DNA of 64,000 bases from Flavobacteriales bacterium (GTDB taxonomy: Bacteria; Bacteroidota; Bacteroidia; Flavobacteriales; BACL11). A program made the translations under genes and the position numbers. The stretch spans positions 1,751-65,750 of the forward strand of contig JABGSE010000077.1 in assembly GCA_018647945.1 (NCBI GenBank), given 5' to 3'. Below, piece after piece: positions 9,223-19,025 of the stretch (the stretch's first letter is position 1; every line of letters starts with the position of its first letter). The notes below the pieces were generated by a model. That model did no database searches, had not been told where the DNA came from, and saw only the letters and a program-made list of their open reading frames with translations.

Positions 9223-10104
9223 ATGAAAAAACAATACAATCATTATTTTATTCTTGCATTACTTGCCATTATTTGGGGTAGTTCGTTTATCCTAATGAAA
9301 AGAGGTTTGGATGCTTATTCTGATGTTCAAGTTGCAGCACTTAGGTTGTTTATTGCTTTTTTATCCTTATTACCTTTTATGTTTAAGGCACTAAAGAAGG
9401 TGAAACGAAATCAGATTTTACCATTAGCGATTGCAGGTATTTTAGGAAATGGTATTCCGGCATTTTTATTTACTCGAGCACAAACTACTTTGGAGAGTTC
9501 TTTTGTAGGGATATTAAATTCCTTAACTCCAATTTTCACTTTGTTACTCGGAATTTATTTTTTTAAAACAAAACCTAGTAAGATAAATATTTTAGGAATT
9601 ATTATAGGATTTATAGGGGCTCTTCTGTTGTATTCTTCCGAGATATCTGAAGTAACTACTATAAATATTGGAGTATTACTGATAGTATTGGCTTGTTTCT
9701 TTTATGGTACTTCCGTAAATGTAATCCGAAAATATTTAACAGAATTAGATTCTATTTCTATTTCGGTAGTGGCCTTTTTGTTTGTTGGTCCCTTTGCAGG
9801 ATTTTATATTTTTACAACTGATTTTCTGGAAATAGCAACTACTACAAATCAAGGTCTTATTTCCTTGGGTTATATTGTTATATTGGCAGTTATTGGCACT
9901 TCCTTTTCGGTGGTAGTGTTTAATAAATTGATAAAAGATACTTCAGCTATTTTTGCGGCATCTGTTACTTATCTTATCCCTGTAGTATCACTTATGTGGG
10001 GATTATTGGAAAATGAACAAATAAAAAACGAACACTACATTGGTGTAGTCATTATTTTATGTGGAGTATATTTGGTGAATAAGAAAAAATTTATTCCAAA
10101 ATAA
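9223..10104 (+). CDS. DMT/EamA family transporter
   Basis: LAIIWGSSFILMK, GILNSLTPIF, SVTYLIPV; 10 TM segments. Confidence 0.93.
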   Translation: MKKQYNHYFILALLAIIWGSSFILMKRGLDAYSDVQVAALRLFIAFLSLLPFMFKALKKVKRNQILPLAIAGILGNGIPAFLFTRAQTTLESSFVGILNSLTPIFTLLLGIYFFKTKPSKINILGIIIGFIGALLLYSSEISEVTTINIGVLLIVLACFFYGTSVNVIRKYLTELDSISISVVAFLFVGPFAGFYIFTTDFLEIATTTNQGLISLGYIVILAVIGTSFSVVVFNKLIKDTSAIFAASVTYLIPVVSLMWGLLENEQIKNEHYIGVVIILCGVYLVNKKKFIPK

Positions 10105-11203
10105 TTCTCTTTTCTACTGTGCCATTATCATAAATATAAAATAGGGGAATGTTTTTTCTTTCTTTTGTTTCTTGTCCTAAAATATCTACCACTTTTAATA
10201 GTATTTTTTCATTTGATTCTATTTCTTGAATTGCTACAGAGCCTCCGCAAATAGTTTGTGTAAGTAATTCCGATCTGTACTGATTTATAGCAGAAACCAT
10301 TCTATTTTTCTGTCCTTCTGTAAACAGATTCATACAAGCGTCATTGGTGTAATCCATATAATTCATAAACATATCTCCATTTACGTTTGTTGTGTTGCAA
10401 GAGTTGGGATCTTCAGGAAAAGAAGGACATCCATAATTTTCCCATTCTTGAGTTGGAGTATCGTTTACTTGGTCATCTCCACAGCTATTCCATCCCGTAC
10501 CCCATAAGTGATCTAAATTTAGCCAATGTCCTACTTCATGGGTTGCAGTTCTTCCCTTTCCGTATTGAGGATCGTTAGTTATTCCAAAATATTGATATGC
10601 AATTACTACTCCATCATCTGGGTCTGTCCAGTTTGATGGTACAGAAGAATATCCTAGCAGGTTGTCCAAACTACAAACCCAAATATTCAAATAATCTTCA
10701 GAAGGCCATCCTTCAGTTCCTCCATCTGCAGTATGTTTTACACCATCATCTGATATGTCAAAAGAACTCACAGTAGTTTGTGTTCTGGTAATTCCATTTG
10801 TAGTATTTCCATTTGGGTCGGTAGTTGCAAGGCAAAATTCAATTTCACAATCTGCCGATATTGGTTTCCATACAGTAGGAGTATTGAGAGTGTCAATATT
10901 TAGTTTTCTGAAATCTTTATTCAATACATCAATTTGAGAAAGTATTTGTGTATCTGAAATATTCTGAACCGGATTTTTCCAAACAACATGAACTACTACT
11001 GGTATAGTAATGATACTTTTAATAGAATAATTTGTATTGTTTTCCATCCATTTTTTTGTATCTGTATTTACTTTTTGTTTTGCAGTTGCAAACTCAGTAT
11101 TGTTTTGTAATAAATTTTGTGTTCGTAGTGTAGTTCCACATCTTTGTTGTGCAAAAGTATTTGCAGATAAAATTACTAGTAGAGATAGAAATATTTTCTT
11201 CAT
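10091..11203 (-). CDS. Secreted M43 (pappalysin/ulilysin-like) zinc metalloprotease with short T9SS-like CTD
   Basis: Signal peptide MKKIFLSLL..TFA, Cys switch RCGT, IPVVVHVV, HEVGHWLNLDH, Met-turn MNYMDY. Confidence 0.92.
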   Translation of the reverse strand: MKKIFLSLLVILSANTFAQQRCGTTLRTQNLLQNNTEFATAKQKVNTDTKKWMENNTNYSIKSIITIPVVVHVVWKNPVQNISDTQILSQIDVLNKDFRKLNIDTLNTPTVWKPISADCEIEFCLATTDPNGNTTNGITRTQTTVSSFDISDDGVKHTADGGTEGWPSEDYLNIWVCSLDNLLGYSSVPSNWTDPDDGVVIAYQYFGITNDPQYGKGRTATHEVGHWLNLDHLWGTGWNSCGDDQVNDTPTQEWENYGCPSFPEDPNSCNTTNVNGDMFMNYMDYTNDACMNLFTEGQKNRMVSAINQYRSELLTQTICGGSVAIQEIESNEKILLKVVDILGQETKERKNIPLFYIYDNGTVEKRIILE

Positions 11204-11361
11204 TATTTGTTTTTTTAATTGCAACAAAAATAGGAGTATTTTTCCATCTGGCAACTATGTTGTTTTTACAATCTTATTTATCCAAAAAATAATTAAATAT
11301 TTCATCTCTATTTTATTATAATTTATTAGTTTTGCAGTCCGAATTTAAAAAATAATTAATA

Positions 11362-11802
11362 ATGTACGCAATAGTTGAGATAGCAGGGCAACAATTCAAA
11401 GTTGAAAAAGATCAGCAGATATTTGTACACAGATTAGAAGTAAAAGAAGGATCGAAAGTAGATTTCGAAAACGTTCTTTTAATTGATAATGGTGGAAAAG
11501 TAAATGTTGGCGCCCCAGCTGTAAAAGGCGCCAAAGTCACGGCCAAAGTACTTGAGCACCTTAAGGGTGACAAAGTAATTGTATTCAAGAAGAAAAGAAG
11601 AAAAGGATACAAAGTGAAGAATGGTCACAGACAATATTTAACAAAACTTGAGATTTTGAAAATTGATGAAAAAGCAGCCGCTAAGAAAGCTCCTGCAAAA
11701 AAATCAGAACAAAAAACTGAAGTAAAAGCTAAACCAGCAGCTAAAAAGCGGGTAGCTAAAAAAACAACAATCAAAAAGACTGCAGCTAAAAAAGCTGAGT
11801 AA
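11362..11802 (+). CDS. rplU: 50S ribosomal protein bL21 with Lys/Ala-rich tail
   Basis: [28 protein letters not shown]; -7 element TAGTTTTG at 11327-11334. Confidence 0.98.
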   Translation: MYAIVEIAGQQFKVEKDQQIFVHRLEVKEGSKVDFENVLLIDNGGKVNVGAPAVKGAKVTAKVLEHLKGDKVIVFKKKRRKGYKVKNGHRQYLTKLEILKIDEKAAAKKAPAKKSEQKTEVKAKPAAKKRVAKKTTIKKTAAKKAE

Positions 11803-11824
11803 TCTTTTATAAAACTATAATACA

Positions 11825-12079
11825 ATGGCACATAAAAAAGGAGCGGGTAGTTCGAAAAACGGAAGAGAATCGCAAAGTAAACGATTAGGTGTGAAGATTT
11901 TTGGTGGACAAAATATTATCGCTGGAAACATTATTGTTCGTCAGAGAGGAACAGTTCATCATCCAGGTGATAATGTAGGTCTTGGTAAAGATCATACTTT
12001 ATTTGCACTTGCACATGGAATTGTAAAATTCACAAAAAAGAAAAATAACAGATCATATGTATCTGTTGTAACTGAGTAA
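11825..12079 (+). CDS. rpmA: 50S ribosomal protein bL27
   Basis: [23 protein letters not shown]...[10 protein letters not shown]. Confidence 0.99.
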   Translation: MAHKKGAGSSKNGRESQSKRLGVKIFGGQNIIAGNIIVRQRGTVHHPGDNVGLGKDHTLFALAHGIVKFTKKKNNRSYVSVVTE

Positions 12080-12103
12080 TTTAATTTCTCGGAAATATAC
12101 TAT

Positions 12104-12133
12104 AAAAACTCTTGAGAAATCAAGAGTTTTTTT
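12104..12133 (+). terminator. Intrinsic terminator after rpmA
   Basis: AAAAACTCTTGA-GAAA-TCAAGAGTTTTTTT. Confidence 0.9.
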
Positions 12134-12166
12134 GTTTACTTTTGTACCGAAAATAAAAAATAAAAA

Positions 12167-13438
12167 ATGTTACAAATACAATTTTTAAGAGAAAACAAAG
12201 AAAGTGTTATCGAAATCCTAAAAGTAAAAAACTTTGACGCTTCTACTATTATTGATCAGGTGATTGCTTTAGATGACAACAGAAAATCAACACAATCTTC
12301 TTCTGACGAGCTACTTTTCAGAGCAAATGCTATTGCAAAGGAAATAGGAATTCTGTTCAAATCAGATAAAGGAGAGGAAGCAAATATTTTAAAAGAAGAA
12401 TCTGTACAAATTAAAGAAAAAACAAAATCACTTCAATCTTCACTTTCTGAAATTGAAAGTGATATCTGGAAGCTATTAGTTCAAATACCAAATATTCCTC
12501 ATCCATCTGTTCCTGCAGGTAAGTCGGATGCGGATAATGAAGTGATAAAAGAAGTAGGCGAAATCCCTCAACTTTCTGAAAATAAAAAACCACATTGGGA
12601 TTTATGTTCTCAGTATAATCTGATTGATTTTGAATTAGGAAATAAAATTACGGGAGCAGGTTTTCCTGTTTACAAAGGTAAAGGAGCGAAATTACAAAGA
12701 GCGCTAATTGCATATTTCTTAGATAAAAATACAGATGCAGGTTATACCGAATATCAACCTCCTTATTTAGTGAATGAGGATTCTGGTTTTGGTACGGGAC
12801 AACTTCCTGATAAGGAAGGACAGATGTACCATGTAACGGAAGATAATTTGTATTTAATACCAACTGCTGAAGTGCCGTTAACTAATTTTTTTAGAGATAT
12901 AATTGTAAAGAAAGAAGAGTTTCCTATAAAATGTACTGCTTATACTCCTTGTTTCAGAAGAGAGGCCGGTTCTTACGGAAAAGATGTAAGAGGATTGAAT
13001 AGATTACATCAATTTGATAAAGTGGAGATTGTACAAGTTCAACACCCAAAAGATTCTTACGATACTTTGGATGTTATGGTAAATCATGTAGCAAATATTT
13101 TGGAGGAGTTGGAATTACCATACAGAATATTAAGATTGTGCGGTGGAGATTTAAGTTTTACTGCTGCACTTACTTTTGATTTTGAAGTATATTCTGCAGG
13201 ACAAGATAGATGGCTAGAAGTTAGTTCTGTTTCTAATTTTGAAGGATACCAATCCAACAGATTGAAACTGAGATATAAAGACGAGAATGGGAAAACACAA
13301 TTGTGTCATACCTTAAATGGAAGCGCACTAGCACTACCAAGAATATTTGCTTCACTTGTAGAGAATAACCAAACTGAAAACGGAATTAAGATTCCGAAAG
13401 TATTACAAGATTACACTCGTTTTGATACAATTAACTAG
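12167..13438 (+). CDS. serS: Serine-tRNA ligase
   Basis: LIPTAEVP, FRREAGSYG, GLNRLHQFDKVE, EVSSVSN, HTLNGSALA; -7 element TACTTTTG at 12137-12144. Confidence 0.99.
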   Translation: MLQIQFLRENKESVIEILKVKNFDASTIIDQVIALDDNRKSTQSSSDELLFRANAIAKEIGILFKSDKGEEANILKEESVQIKEKTKSLQSSLSEIESDIWKLLVQIPNIPHPSVPAGKSDADNEVIKEVGEIPQLSENKKPHWDLCSQYNLIDFELGNKITGAGFPVYKGKGAKLQRALIAYFLDKNTDAGYTEYQPPYLVNEDSGFGTGQLPDKEGQMYHVTEDNLYLIPTAEVPLTNFFRDIIVKKEEFPIKCTAYTPCFRREAGSYGKDVRGLNRLHQFDKVEIVQVQHPKDSYDTLDVMVNHVANILEELELPYRILRLCGGDLSFTAALTFDFEVYSAGQDRWLEVSSVSNFEGYQSNRLKLRYKDENGKTQLCHTLNGSALALPRIFASLVENNQTENGIKIPKVLQDYTRFDTIN

Positions 13439-15238
13439 ATGAGACTGACTCTTGTATTTTTATTTTGTGTGTCGTTTGCTTTTTCACAAACAAACGATTC
13501 TCAAATTGCACAGCAGTTTTACCAAAATGGAGAGTACGAAAAAGCAATTGATATTTTTAAAAATCTAAGCAAAGGAAATAACTTCCATTTGTATTATCAT
13601 CCTTATTTTAACTCATTGGTAAATACCAAAAATTATGAGGAAGCTGAGAAGTTGTCCCTAAGAATGACCAAGAAAATTTCCAATAGCTTCATCTATTTTG
13701 TGGATTCGTACATGGTGCAACTTAAAAATGGAAATGATAGAAAGGCAAAAAAAACTTTAGAGAAAATTAATTCCAAATTGAAAAAAAAAGATGCTCAAGT
13801 TGTGAGTGTTGCCAATACTTTTATAAAATATCAGATGTATAATCAGGCACTGAAATGCTATCAAGTTGTAATAGAAAATAACACGAAAAGAAAAAGTACT
13901 TACAGAATGCAGATTGCACAACTTTATCTGTATTTGGATAAAGATGTTCAGATGGTGGAAGAGTACCTTACTTTGATAGAAGAAAACCCAACTCAAAAAC
14001 AAACTGTACAAAATTACTTACAGCGATACCTGAATAATGATGGAATAAAAAGTGATAAAAATTACAATGCTGTAAAAAATGGATTGTTGAAATACAGCCA
14101 AAAAGAAAGAGAAGGACATTTATTTACTGAGATGCTCATTTGGCTTTTTATGCAAAACAATCAGTTCGACTTGGCTTTTTTGCAGGCAAAAGCATTAGAT
14201 AAAAGATTGAAAGAAAATGGTTTCCGTTTGTATAATTTGGCAGAAACATTTTTGGACAATGAATATTACAATTTATCAATAAAAGCATACAATTACATTA
14301 TTGAAAAAGGAGAGGAGAATTATTATTACATTGATGCTCATGTAAATAAATTGTATTCCATGGGAGAGCTTTCTTCCAGAAAAGAGAATGATTTGAAGGA
14401 GTTGGACGATTTGTATAAAAAAACCATTGAGGAGTTGGGACAGAGCAGAAAAACCATTTTACTGATAAATAATTATGCACACTTTAAGTCATTTATAATA
14501 CACGATTTGATTTCTGCAGAAAGTATTTTGTCGGAAGCTATGGAAATTCCTCAACTTTCAAAATCAGATTTGGCAGAATGTAAATTGGTGTATGCGGATG
14601 TAATGCTACTTTCCGACCAAGTATGGACCGCACTTTTGTATTACTCTCAAGTAGAAAAGGATTTTAAGGAAACTCCAGTAGGACATGAGGCCAAACTCAG
14701 AAGATCAAAAATTTCTTATTATCAAGGAGATTTTGATTGGGCACAATCTCAGTTGGATATTTTAAAGGCTTCTACTTCCAAACTTATTGCCAATGATGCT
14801 ATGGATTTATCATTGTTGATTACAGATAATTTGAATTTAGACACTTCTACAGTTCCCATGGAAATGTACGCAAGGGCGGATTTACTTTTTTACCAAAACA
14901 GATTTGAGGAAGCGATTACTACTTTGGACTCTATTTTAACAACTTACTCAGGACATACTTTGTCGGATGAAATATATTTCAGGAAATACCAAATTTACCA
15001 GAAAATAGGAAATACTGATAAAGCAATTGAGATGCTGGAAACCATTGTTACAGATTATGCATTTGATATTTTGGAAGATGACGCGCTCTTTCATTTGGCT
15101 CAGATTTATGAAAACGAAAAAAAGGATTTTGACAAGGCTTTTCATTATTATGAAACAATACTACTTCAATGCAGTGGAAGTATTTACACTGCTGAGTCCA
15201 GAAAAAAATACAGAAAACTAAGAGGAGACGATTTATGA
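13439..15238 (+). CDS. Exported tetratricopeptide-repeat protein
   Basis: Signal peptide and helical repeats; YYQGDFDWAQSQLDILKASTSKLIANDA segment typical of this Bacteroidota family. Confidence 0.85.
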   Translation: MRLTLVFLFCVSFAFSQTNDSQIAQQFYQNGEYEKAIDIFKNLSKGNNFHLYYHPYFNSLVNTKNYEEAEKLSLRMTKKISNSFIYFVDSYMVQLKNGNDRKAKKTLEKINSKLKKKDAQVVSVANTFIKYQMYNQALKCYQVVIENNTKRKSTYRMQIAQLYLYLDKDVQMVEEYLTLIEENPTQKQTVQNYLQRYLNNDGIKSDKNYNAVKNGLLKYSQKEREGHLFTEMLIWLFMQNNQFDLAFLQAKALDKRLKENGFRLYNLAETFLDNEYYNLSIKAYNYIIEKGEENYYYIDAHVNKLYSMGELSSRKENDLKELDDLYKKTIEELGQSRKTILLINNYAHFKSFIIHDLISAESILSEAMEIPQLSKSDLAECKLVYADVMLLSDQVWTALLYYSQVEKDFKETPVGHEAKLRRSKISYYQGDFDWAQSQLDILKASTSKLIANDAMDLSLLITDNLNLDTSTVPMEMYARADLLFYQNRFEEAITTLDSILTTYSGHTLSDEIYFRKYQIYQKIGNTDKAIEMLETIVTDYAFDILEDDALFHLAQIYENEKKDFDKAFHYYETILLQCSGSIYTAESRKKYRKLRGDDL

Positions 15239-15543
15239 TAATATACAATGTAACATGTAGTGTGGATCCATCCGTAAGTGAGGAATGGTTACAATGGATG
15301 AGAGAAATTCACATTCCGGATGTGATGGAATGCGGGATTTTTAAAGAGGCACAAATTAATAAAGTGCTTTCTGAAAAAGATGGTGGGATTACTTATGCCA
15401 TTCAGTATTCTTGTGAAAGCATGAAGGATTTACACCATTATCAAGTGAATTTTGCACCCCAATTACAGAAAAAACACAGCCAAAAATATTGGGATAAAGT
15501 GCTTGCTTTTCGTACATTAATGGAGGTTATTCAAGAGTATTAA
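15235..15543 (+). CDS. DUF4286 family protein
   Basis: MIIYNVT..EWLQWM..HIP...TYAIQY...AFRTLMEV. Confidence 0.85.
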   Translation: MIIYNVTCSVDPSVSEEWLQWMREIHIPDVMECGIFKEAQINKVLSEKDGGITYAIQYSCESMKDLHHYQVNFAPQLQKKHSQKYWDKVLAFRTLMEVIQEY

Positions 15544-15551
15544 TTCCTGTT

Positions 15552-16766
15552 TTGAAAAAAGTAATTAAGGCATACTTACAATTAGAAGAACATGTCCTTT
15601 TAATGATAAAGGCTGAATTTTTTGTGCAGTTAATTGGGGCTGCTTTCTTCTTGATTTTAAATATCTATTTGGCAAAGCAGGGTTTTTCTGATCCTGAAAT
15701 AGCCAATTTTATTTCCTTTCGTTTTCTAGCAGTTATGTTGTTGGCATTTCCTTTGGGTTTTTATATAAAAGGAAAACCGCTTAAGCCCTTTTTTTTGATG
15801 GGTAGTTTAGGTGTGCCTACGGTTGCTATCGCACTTGTTTTGGCTGTGCAGTATGGTTTGTATCAGTATTTGCCTACATTATTTATTTTGTGGGGAGTCG
15901 TTTTCACTTTGTTTCAAGTAAGTTCTTTGCCTTATGTAATGAGGAATACTTCAGTTGAAAATCAATCGCATGCCATATCTTTAAATTATGCGACTCATAG
16001 TTTCGGAACGATATTAAGTGGAATAATTATCTTTGGTTTTGGACAGTTTATGCGAGAGATGGATGAAGGGATAATTCTATTATTTATTTCTGTACTTGGA
16101 TTTGTTGGGGTCTATTATTTGTTGAAAATGAAGGTTGACATAGTAGTGCCTGTCAAAAAAGGCTTGCAATGGAAATCCTATGATTGGGACTTATTAATTA
16201 AGGCAATTATCCCAACTCTTATTATTGCTGTTGGGGCAGGACTCACTATTCCGTTTATTAATTTATTTTTCTTTCATAATTTTCAAATCGATTCCACAGG
16301 CTTTGCGGTTATTGGTGGGGTGGCTAGTGTGTTGGTTGCTTTTTTGGCTTTGCTTGTTCCTAATGTAAAAAATAAAATGGGTTTCAAAAAAGGGATAACT
16401 TATACGCAAACTACTGCCGTTATTGCTTTGGTTTCTTTGGCTACTACTGAGTTTTTTGCAAACTATTGGTGGGCGTTACCAGTGGCGGTTATGTGTTATT
16501 GGGTGCGTACTCCACTTATGAATATGGCGGCTCCCATGACCTCCGAACTTACTATGAATTATGTAGGAAAGAAAAATCAAGAAATGTTGAGTGCAATTAT
16601 GGCGGCAATCTGGAGCGGAAGTTGGTTTTTTAGTTCGCAAATATTCAGGTACTTAAAAGCAGAAGGGTTGCCTTATGCCTATATTTTTTACATCACAGCC
16701 GCACTGTATTCTTTTGGGGTGTTTATGTACTACATCTTGGTATTGGATTATGAAAAGAGGAAATAA
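15552..16766 (+). CDS. MFS transporter
   Basis: About 12 TM segments; GAGLTIPFINLFF and RTPLMNMAAP motifs; TTG start. Confidence 0.85.
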   Translation: MKKVIKAYLQLEEHVLLMIKAEFFVQLIGAAFFLILNIYLAKQGFSDPEIANFISFRFLAVMLLAFPLGFYIKGKPLKPFFLMGSLGVPTVAIALVLAVQYGLYQYLPTLFILWGVVFTLFQVSSLPYVMRNTSVENQSHAISLNYATHSFGTILSGIIIFGFGQFMREMDEGIILLFISVLGFVGVYYLLKMKVDIVVPVKKGLQWKSYDWDLLIKAIIPTLIIAVGAGLTIPFINLFFFHNFQIDSTGFAVIGGVASVLVAFLALLVPNVKNKMGFKKGITYTQTTAVIALVSLATTEFFANYWWALPVAVMCYWVRTPLMNMAAPMTSELTMNYVGKKNQEMLSAIMAAIWSGSWFFSSQIFRYLKAEGLPYAYIFYITAALYSFGVFMYYILVLDYEKRK

Positions 16767-16785
16767 TATTCTTTTAAGTTTTAAT

Positions 16786-17424
16786 TTATTGCAAAAAAAG
16801 GTTTGTTAGTTTCTCCTTTCCAATTGTTGTTGAAGGTCCATGTCCGCAATACACCACAGTTTCACTGTCCAATAAAAATAGTTTTGTTTTTATACTTGCA
16901 ATCAAAGTATCAAAATCTCCTCCTGGCAAATCTGTTCTCCCAATACTTCCATTAAACAAAACATCTCCCGCCACAATAAATTTATCCTCTTTACTACAAA
17001 GACAAATATGTCCGGGAGCGTGGCCAGGTGTAAATAATATTTCCAATTTACTTTCTCCAAATTCCAATACATTCCCTTCTTCCAAAAAGTATTTTGGGTA
17101 TGGACTTCTCCTATAGTTTTCAAAACCATACATTTTAGCAATGTCTCCAGCTCCTTCTAAAAGTGGTAAGTCTGTTTTGTGCATATAAAGTTCCAAATTC
17201 CATTTTTCACTCACAAATTTATTTCCCAAAATGTGGTCAATATGGCAATGTGTATTTATCAGTTTTACAGGATTTAAATCATTTTTCTCTATAAAATTTA
17301 CTAGTTCTTTCTCTTCATTTTTTTCATAACAACCCGGATCAATAATGATGCAATCTCCTGTATTGTCCCACAAAACAAAAGTATTTTCCTGAAAAAGATT
17401 AAATGTAAATGATTGAATTTTCAT
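16786..17424 (-). CDS. MBL-fold metallo-hydrolase (glyoxalase II/YcbL-like)
   Basis: THCHIDH, TPGHAPGH, GDVLF.GSIGRTDLPGGD, GHG. Confidence 0.93.
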   Translation of the reverse strand: MKIQSFTFNLFQENTFVLWDNTGDCIIIDPGCYEKNEEKELVNFIEKNDLNPVKLINTHCHIDHILGNKFVSEKWNLELYMHKTDLPLLEGAGDIAKMYGFENYRRSPYPKYFLEEGNVLEFGESKLEILFTPGHAPGHICLCSKEDKFIVAGDVLFNGSIGRTDLPGGDFDTLIASIKTKLFLLDSETVVYCGHGPSTTIGKEKLTNLFLQ

Positions 17425-17437
17425 ATAAATTTTTTTA

Positions 17438-17460
17438 CAAAGATACATTTCTTATCTTTG
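17438..17460. promoter_or_regulatory. Divergent -7 elements forming the inverted repeat CAAAGATA-N7-TATCTTTG
   Basis: TATCTTTG on both strands between the MBL and TSUP genes. Confidence 0.65.
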
Positions 17461-17481
17461 CTTATCAGAAAAAATTCTACT

Positions 17482-17850
17482 ATGAGTATTCCTACTATTG
17501 TTATTCTTATTTTTATCGGTTTGGCGGCCGGTTTACTTTCTGGTATTATTGGTATTGGAGGTGGACTGATTATGATTCCACTTCTTATTATTTTATTGGG
17601 ATTGGATCAGCATACTGCACAAGGAACTTCTCTTGCTGTAATGCTACCTCCAATCGGAATTTTAGCAGCTATGAATTACTTTAAATCAGGAAACCTAAAT
17701 TGGGAATATGCCCTTATTATTGCCAGTACATTTATTGTGGGAGGATATTTTGGATCCAAAATTGCACTTCAATTGAGTCCTCAAGTTTTGAGGAAAGTGT
17801 TTGGAGTTATCATGCTAGTCGCGTCCCTTAAAATGATTTTTTCAAAATGA
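17482..17850 (+). CDS. Half-size TSUP (TauE/SafE) family membrane protein
   Basis: GLLSGIIGIGGGLIMIP, AQGTSLA; 4 TM segments. Confidence 0.88.
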   Translation: MSIPTIVILIFIGLAAGLLSGIIGIGGGLIMIPLLIILLGLDQHTAQGTSLAVMLPPIGILAAMNYFKSGNLNWEYALIIASTFIVGGYFGSKIALQLSPQVLRKVFGVIMLVASLKMIFSK

Positions 17851-19025
17851 TAGATTCAATTAAAAATTTATCTGAAAAATATTTCAATAAAATTGTTGCA
17901 ATCAGAAGACACATACACCAAAATCCTGAGCTTTCTTTTCAAGAACATGAAACTTCCAAATACATAAAATCTATTTTGGATTCTTGGAATATTTCCTATG
18001 TTGATAATATTGCCAATACTGGAATACTAGCAATTATTGAAGGAAAAAATCCTAAAAAAAAATGTATTGCCGTTCGTGCTGATTTTGATGCACTTCCTAT
18101 AGAAGAAGAAAATGAAGTAGAATATTGTTCGGTAAATAAAGGGGTAATGCACGCCTGCGGACATGACGTACATACATCTTCAATGTTGGGAGCTGTTAAA
18201 ATTCTAAACGAATTGAAAGAGGAATGGGAAGGAACAATAAAATTTATTTTCCAACCCGCAGAAGAGAGGATTCCCGGAGGAGCAAAACAAATGATAGAGG
18301 AAGGAGTATTGGAAAATCCGAATGTAGAAAATGTAATGGCACAACATGTTTTTCCTGATTTGGAAATTGGGAAAGTTGGATTCCGTGCAGGAATGTATAT
18401 GGCTTCAACTGATGAAATTTACATCACAGTTTCTGGAAAGGGTGGACATGCCGCACTGCCAGAAAAATACAACAGTCCTATAATTGCATCTTCCAATTTG
18501 ATAATGGAATTGGACAATCATTTTACAAAGGAAAGAAACAGACCTTCAGTTTTTGCCATTGGATTTGTAAATGCAGATGGATCTACAAATGTAATTCCAA
18601 AAGATGTGAAATTAATGGGAACTTTTCGTGCTATGGACGAGCAGTTTCGGGCAGAATCTCATAAAATAATGCAAAAAATTGCAAAAAATATTTCTGAAAA
18701 ATACAATCTGGTAATTGATTTTGAAATTAAAAAGGGATATCCTTTTTTAAAGAATGACGAAATGTTTACAAATTTATCTTCCGAATTTGCAAAGGAGTAT
18801 TTGGGAAAAGGAAATGTGGTGAACCTCCCAGTCCGAATGACTGCAGAGGATTTTTCCTATTTTACTTTCGAGCGGCCATCTTGCTTTTACCGATTAGGAA
18901 TTCGAAATGAAGAAAAAGGAATTGTTCATGGATTGCATACTTCCAGATTTAATATTGATGAGGATGCTTTAAAAGTAGGTATGGGATTAATGAGCTGGCT
19001 GCTTATTAAAAATTTAGGAAATTAA
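17847..19025 (+). CDS. M20 family amidohydrolase
   Basis: RHIHQNPELSFQE, RADFDALPI, MHACGHD, FQPAEE, AEDF, LH. Confidence 0.93.
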   Translation: MIDSIKNLSEKYFNKIVAIRRHIHQNPELSFQEHETSKYIKSILDSWNISYVDNIANTGILAIIEGKNPKKKCIAVRADFDALPIEEENEVEYCSVNKGVMHACGHDVHTSSMLGAVKILNELKEEWEGTIKFIFQPAEERIPGGAKQMIEEGVLENPNVENVMAQHVFPDLEIGKVGFRAGMYMASTDEIYITVSGKGGHAALPEKYNSPIIASSNLIMELDNHFTKERNRPSVFAIGFVNADGSTNVIPKDVKLMGTFRAMDEQFRAESHKIMQKIAKNISEKYNLVIDFEIKKGYPFLKNDEMFTNLSSEFAKEYLGKGNVVNLPVRMTAEDFSYFTFERPSCFYRLGIRNEEKGIVHGLHTSRFNIDEDALKVGMGLMSWLLIKNLGN

